This document shows, piece after piece, positions 59,219 through 64,000 of a stretch of DNA of 64,000 nt (positions within the stretch are counted from its first letter, which is position 1; every line of letters begins with the position of its first letter). This stretch comes from Trueperaceae bacterium. GTDB lineage: Bacteria > Deinococcota > Deinococci > Deinococcales > Trueperaceae. Both the position numbers and the translations under genes were made by a program. The stretch is from NCBI GenBank assembly GCA_965213925.1, contig OZ243927.1:3680001-3744000 (forward strand), read 5' to 3'. Below the pieces are notes generated by a model. It was not told the origin of the DNA. It was given only the letters and a program-made list of their open reading frames with translations, and made no database searches.

Positions 59219-59325
59219 CCCGCCAGAGGGACGCTTCCGTGCAACCCCTAGAAAGGCTACACGAAGGCAGTCTCTCTAGCGGGCTACTCACGCCCCCAGC
59301 GGATGTCGCGAGGTCAGGCCTCGCA
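59219..59325 (-). ncRNA. Candidate structured sRNA, paralogue B
   Basis: TAAAAT -10 at 59332-59337; same architecture as 55595-55705; ends in a U-rich tail. Confidence 0.58.
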
Positions 59326-59424
59326 AGCACTATTTTATACCGTATGCGCGACAATTGCATAACGCGCGGCTCGACTTCGCTAGCTACCTTACATGTTACC
59401 TTAAAATTTAAGGTATAGTACCTT

Positions 59425-59631
59425 ATGGAAAACTTCACTTCTCTAAGCGGAGCAGTTACGCCTGATGTTGCCGTGCTCATCCGGGCGGTGCTCCTTACCA
59501 CGCTCATCTTCGGGCTCGAGGCGCTCAGCAACGCGAGGCGCAAAGTCGGACGTGACAAGGTGACGCGTAAGGTGCGTCAACCCGAGCACGCTAGGGGGAA
59601 GCTCGCAAAAAAGCAGGTCGTCAGAGCTTAG
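59425..59631 (+). CDS. Small single-TM protein with a basic tail (hypothetical)
   Basis: TATAGT 5 nt before the ATG; one hydrophobic helix followed by a K/R-rich tail. Confidence 0.55.
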   Translation: MENFTSLSGAVTPDVAVLIRAVLLTTLIFGLEALSNARRKVGRDKVTRKVRQPEHARGKLAKKQVVRA

Positions 59632-59729
59632 CAAGAGATGAGATAGGAGCGCTGAAAGGAGATAAAGGGTAGCCAGTACTCACCAAGCGACCTTTGACGT
59701 CGCCTCTCCAAGCACTGTTATATTGAGCT

Positions 59730-62700
59730 ATGGCGAACCCCTCCCCCACCTCCAAAACACAGTTTGCCCACCTCCACCAGCACACCGCCTATAGCCTCCT
59801 AGACGGCGCGGCGCGCATCAAAGACCTCATGAAGTGGGTCAAAGAGGTCTCGCCCGAGAACCCTGTTCTGGCGATGACCGACCACGGCAACATGCACGGC
59901 GCGGTGGAGTTCTATAAAGCGGCGGAAAAAGAGGGTGTCAAGCCGATTTTAGGCTTCGAGGCGTACGTGACGGCGGGCTCTCGTTTTGAAAAGAAAAAGC
60001 CGAGTTCAAAGTTAGACGGTGGCTACTTTCACCTCACCTTGTTGGCAAAGAACTTTACGGGCTACCAGAACCTCTGCAAACTGAATTCGCGTGGCTGGCT
60101 CGAGGGCTTCTACATGAAACCCCGCGTAGACCACGAGCTTTTGCGCGAATACTCAGAAGGCGTCATCGCCATGTCGGGCTGCTTGGGGGCGCAGATACCT
60201 AGAAACCTCTTAGATTTAGGACCCGAGCAGGGCGAAGCGGTCTTGCAGCAATATCTGGACATTTACGGTGAGAACTTCTTTATCGAGTTGCAGAACCACG
60301 TGCCAGAGCGCGCCGAGGACATGGACTCGAGCCTCCGCGACTTAGCCGAGCAGCAGACGCGCCTTAACCCGATGCTTAAAAGTTTGGCGAATAAGTACGG
60401 GCTGGGCATGGTCGCCACCAACGACGGGCACTACGTCAAGAAAGAGGACGCCAAAGCGCACGAAGCGCTCTTAGCGATTCAGACGAAGACGACTCTGTCC
60501 GACCCCGGACGCTTCAAGTTTCCCTGCGACGAGTTCTACGTTAAGACGCCCGAAGAGATGGCGCGGGCGATCCCTGAAGACGAGTATCCGAGCGCGTTAG
60601 CTAACAGCATGAACGTCGCGGACCTCTGCGACGTGACGCTGCCGATTGGCTCCAAGCGCGTCTACCAGATGCCCGAGCTGCCGATTCCGGCAGGGCGGAC
60701 GCTCGCCGAGCAGCTCAGGGTACAGACATACGAAGGCTTGACCACGCGCTACGAAGAGATTACCGAAGACCTCTACCGCGACTATTTAGCGTGCTCGGGC
60801 GAGAGTGTGCCGAGTGAGGCGGAAGCGGTCTACCTCAAGCTGGCGCAAGTCGGGGAAAGAGGTCGGACGCCGAAAGAAGAGGGGCAGAACTTCGACACGT
60901 TCGCGTATCCTTGTCTAAAGGCATTTAGAGAACAAGGCACGGCGAGCGAAGAGGCGCTCTTGATTCTCGAGCGCGCCGAATTCGAACTCGGTGTAATTAT
61001 CGCGATGGGCTTTCCCGACTACTTTTTGATCGTCGCGGACTTCATCAACTGGGCGAAGGACCACGGCATCGCGGTCGGACCAGGGCGCGGCTCGGGGGCG
61101 GGCTCCATCGTCGCCTTTGCGACGCGTATCACCGACATCGATCCCTTGGAGTTCGACCTCTTGTTCGAGCGCTTTTTGAACCCCGATAGGGTCTCCATGC
61201 CCGACTTCGACGTGGACTTCTCCGACACGCGGCGCATGGAGGTCGTGGACTATGTGCGGCGAAAGTACGGCGAGGAGAAGGTCGCGCAGATCGCCACCTT
61301 CGGGACGATGGCGTCCAAAGCGGCGATTCGGGATGCGGCGCGAGTGTTAGAAGCGCCTTATGCCGACGCCGACGCGGTCTCGAAACTCATCCCCGTTGTG
61401 TTCGGACGCTCCACGCCGATAGCCAGGGCGATGGATGAAGTTACCGAGATCAAGCAGCTCTACGACAACGGTGCGAAGGAGTTCGTGGACGTCGCGATGA
61501 GTTTGGAGGGCTTGACGCGCCACGCCTCGGTGCACGCGGCGGGCGTCATCATCGCCCGCGAGCCCGTGCAAGAACTCGCGCCCGTCTTTCGCAGCGGCGA
61601 CGGTCCCATCGTCTGTCAGTACGACATGGGCTCGGTGGAGGACTTGGGTTTTATCAAGATGGACTTTTTGGGCCTCAGGACGCTCTCCTTTATCGAGGCG
61701 GCGATTCGCATTGTCAAGGAGTCGCGCGGGGTGGAACTCGACCCGGACGCGTTCCCGAAAGACGACGAGAAGACGTTTGGGCTCCTCTCGAGGGGCGAAG
61801 CCGCCGGCGTCTTCCAGTTCGAGTCGCCCGGCATGGTCGATACGCTCAAAAAGCTCAAGCCGCGCCGCGTCCAAGACCTCATCGCGGTCTCGGCACTCTA
61901 CCGCCCCGGTCCGATGGAGAACATCCCGACCTACATCCGGCGGCACCACGGCGCGGACAATCCGGACTTTTCCGAGGACCCCTACGCGGAGTTTCCCGAG
62001 TCGCGACAGTATTTAGAGTCCATCTTAGAAGAGACCTACGGCATCCCTGTCTATCAAGAACAGATCATGCAGATCGCTCAAGCCGTGGCGGGCTACTCTT
62101 TGGGCGAAGCCGACCTCTTGCGGCGGGCGATGGGTAAGAAAAAAGTCGAGGAGATGGAAAAGCAGCGCAAAATCTTTTTAGAGGGTGCGAAGGCGAAGGG
62201 TATCCCTAAAGATGAAGCGAGCCGCATCTTCGACCTCTTGGAGAAGTTCGCGAACTACGGCTTTAACAAGTGCGTCGTGGGCGAGACGCTCATCCCGGAC
62301 GCACAGACGGGGCAGCTTCACACTGCCGCAGACCTCTTTAGTGAACACCACCGACCTGAAGTCGTGAGCGTTCAAGAGGACTTCAGTCTGACGCAGAGTA
62401 AAACGGTGCAGACGATGCAAAACGGTGTTAAACCCGTTTACACCCTCACCACCTCTTTGGGCAAAGAGATTATAGCGACGGGCAACCATCCGTTTAGAAC
62501 GCTGGACGGCTGGAAGAACTTAGAAGATTTGCGCGTAGGCGAGCGCGTCGCGTCGCCCGCGCACCTGTCTGTGGCGGGGCAAGAGGTCTGGGACGCGCAC
62601 AAGCTCATCACGCTGGGTTGGACGCTCGCGGAGGGTAACACGTGTCATCCATGTGGCGTTTACCTCTACAGCAACAACGAGGCTACCGTGGCGGATATGG

Positions 62701-64000
62701 TGAGCGCGGCTGAGCAGTTTGAAAACACCGCGCCTACCGTCAAGCAGCGTCCCGAACGCAGCGATACCTTCGACGTCTACTTGGGAACGGGCAAACGTGG
62801 TTCAGCCAGCGGCGGACGTTCGGGCGCGCGGCTGTGGTTAGAGACGCTCGGCGTCATCGGGCAAGGTGCAGCGGAAAAACGCTTTCCCGAAGAGGTCTTC
62901 CGCCTCACGAACGACAGCTTAGCCCTCTTGCTCGGGCGCTACTGGTCAGGGGACGGGTTCGTTTTCGGACAGGGGAACACGACACCTTACGCCGCGACCT
63001 CTTCAAAAGAACTCGCACGGCAACTTCAACACCTCCTGCTCCGCTTCGGCGTCGTCAGCCGCCTCGCAGAAAAGACGTTCGCGTATAAAGACGGGCGAAC
63101 AGGGTACACCGTTCACGCGCTAGGTAGGCGCAGTGTTGAGCGGTTTGTTGCGTACATCGCGCCGCATCTAGTCGGCAAAGACTCGCAGCTTAGCTGCTTA
63201 AAAGATTACCTGGGGCACACCCCCACCGACAGGGAGAGTGTGGACACCTTGCCGCCCGAAGTCAAAGGTTGGGTCAAGGAGGTCAAGGAACAGAGCCGTT
63301 TGACCTGGCGTGAGGTTGAAGCGCAGAGCGGCGTGTGCGTTAAGGAGCTATACGGCGATACGAAGGCGCATAAGAAGGGCTTCCGGCGCAGCACGGTTCG
63401 CAAGCTCGCTGAGTTCTTCGGTTCTGAGAGGTTGCGTCAGGCGTGCAGCAAAGACCTCTTTTGGGAGCGCGTCGAATCTATTGAACCCGCAGGTGAGGCG
63501 ATGACTTACGACCTGGAGGTTGCGCACACGCACAACTTCGTCGCCAACGACCTCTTGGTGCATAACTCGCACTCCGCCGCTTACGGCGCACTCTCCTACC
63601 AAACCGCCTACCTAAAAGCGCACTATCCCTTGGAGTTCGTCGCCGCCCTCTTAACCGTCGAACGTGGCAACTCGGACAAGGTCGCCGAATACATCACCGA
63701 CGCGCGCTATCTGGGGCTCGAGGTCTTGCCCCCCGACGTCAATGAGTCCAGAAGCGACTTTACGCCCGTGGATGAGGTCATCCGCTTCGGGCTTTACGGC
63801 ATCAAAAACGTGGGAGACGCGGCTGTTGAACACATCCTAGACGAGCGCGACAAGGGCGGGAAGTTTAGAGACCTTTACGACTTCTGCAAACGGGTGGACT
63901 CGTCGCTAGTGAATAAGCGGGCGCTGGAGCACCTCGTCAAAGCGGGCGCGTTCGACGAACTCGGCAACCGGAGCGACCTTTTGGCGAACTTAGAGCCCGC
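59730..64000 (+). CDS. dnaE: DNA polymerase III alpha subunit, intein-containing (3' end outside the window)
   Basis: FAHLHQHTAYSLLDGA, MTDHGNM, GPGRGSGAGS, MPDFDVDF, KMDFLGL and YGFNK|SHSAAY motifs; frame consistent through the intein. Confidence 0.97.
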   Translation, partial: MANPSPTSKTQFAHLHQHTAYSLLDGAARIKDLMKWVKEVSPENPVLAMTDHGNMHGAVEFYKAAEKEGVKPILGFEAYVTAGSRFEKKKPSSKLDGGYFHLTLLAKNFTGYQNLCKLNSRGWLEGFYMKPRVDHELLREYSEGVIAMSGCLGAQIPRNLLDLGPEQGEAVLQQYLDIYGENFFIELQNHVPERAEDMDSSLRDLAEQQTRLNPMLKSLANKYGLGMVATNDGHYVKKEDAKAHEALLAIQTKTTLSDPGRFKFPCDEFYVKTPEEMARAIPEDEYPSALANSMNVADLCDVTLPIGSKRVYQMPELPIPAGRTLAEQLRVQTYEGLTTRYEEITEDLYRDYLACSGESVPSEAEAVYLKLAQVGERGRTPKEEGQNFDTFAYPCLKAFREQGTASEEALLILERAEFELGVIIAMGFPDYFLIVADFINWAKDHGIAVGPGRGSGAGSIVAFATRITDIDPLEFDLLFERFLNPDRVSMPDFDVDFSDTRRMEVVDYVRRKYGEEKVAQIATFGTMASKAAIRDAARVLEAPYADADAVSKLIPVVFGRSTPIARAMDEVTEIKQLYDNGAKEFVDVAMSLEGLTRHASVHAAGVIIAREPVQELAPVFRSGDGPIVCQYDMGSVEDLGFIKMDFLGLRTLSFIEAAIRIVKESRGVELDPDAFPKDDEKTFGLLSRGEAAGVFQFESPGMVDTLKKLKPRRVQDLIAVSALYRPGPMENIPTYIRRHHGADNPDFSEDPYAEFPESRQYLESILEETYGIPVYQEQIMQIAQAVAGYSLGEADLLRRAMGKKKVEEMEKQRKIFLEGAKAKGIPKDEASRIFDLLEKFANYGFNKCVVGETLIPDAQTGQLHTAADLFSEHHRPEVVSVQEDFSLTQSKTVQTMQNGVKPVYTLTTSLGKEIIATGNHPFRTLDGWKNLEDLRVGERVASPAHLSVAGQEVWDAHKLITLGWTLAEGNTCHPCGVYLYSNNEATVADMVSAAEQFENTAPTVKQRPERSDTFDVYLGTGKRGSASGGRSGARLWLETLGVIGQGAAEKRFPEEVFRLTNDSLALLLGRYWSGDGFVFGQGNTTPYAATSSKELARQLQHLLLRFGVVSRLAEKTFAYKDGRTGYTVHALGRRSVERFVAYIAPHLVGKDSQLSCLKDYLGHTPTDRESVDTLPPEVKGWVKEVKEQSRLTWREVEAQSGVCVKELYGDTKAHKKGFRRSTVRKLAEFFGSERLRQACSKDLFWERVESIEPAGEAMTYDLEVAHTHNFVANDLLVHNSHSAAYGALSYQTAYLKAHYPLEFVAALLTVERGNSDKVAEYITDARYLGLEVLPPDVNESRSDFTPVDEVIRFGLYGIKNVGDAAVEHILDERDKGGKFRDLYDFCKRVDSSLVNKRALEHLVKAGAFDELGNRSDLLANLEP
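62271..63566 (+). mobile_element. Intein (432 aa) with a LAGLIDADG-type homing endonuclease in dnaE
   Basis: C1 (CVVGET), block B ATGNHPF, endonuclease motifs LGWTLAEG and GRYWSGDG, block F/G TYDLEV..THNFVANDLLVHN followed by Ser+1. Confidence 0.95.

Overview
GC-rich bacterial chromosomal segment, most likely Deinococcota (Trueperaceae-like). Support for this assignment is the Deinococcus-Thermus-type insertion in DnaE, many genes with a TANNNT -10 box 5-7 nt before the start codon, and strong CTCGAG enrichment. The backbone is housekeeping: qor, a NatAB-type ABC exporter, ruvA, rpmH-rnpA-yidD-yidC-jag, prmC, lspA, large NAD-GDH, hemW, menC/NAAAR, fabH-D-G-acpP-fabF, rpmF-yceD, a DHS-like enzyme, acnA, glucosylglycerol hydrolase, an Opp-type importer, tRNA-Val, tRNA-Cys, and dnaE with a full-length intein. 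The standout is a five-gene minus-strand locus at 11586-16116. It encodes three paralogous secreted pilin-like subunits, a PapD/DUF916-like chaperone and a two-domain tip-like subunit, with no usher in the window, and it carries three c-di-GMP-II riboswitch aptamers, one altered at the ligand-stacking base. Also notable: two paralogous, promoter-bearing, covarying orphan sRNAs; tandem coiled-coil lipoproteins with a 23-aa RP(T) repeat; a 47-aa lipoprotein missed by the ORF track; a MITE-like repeat family, one copy of which appears to supply the fabH start codon; duplicated SGLT-like symporters next to a Qng1-like gene; and REP-like palindromes. No CRISPR array, rRNA or intact transposase was seen. 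All family calls come from motif recognition by eye, not from database searches.
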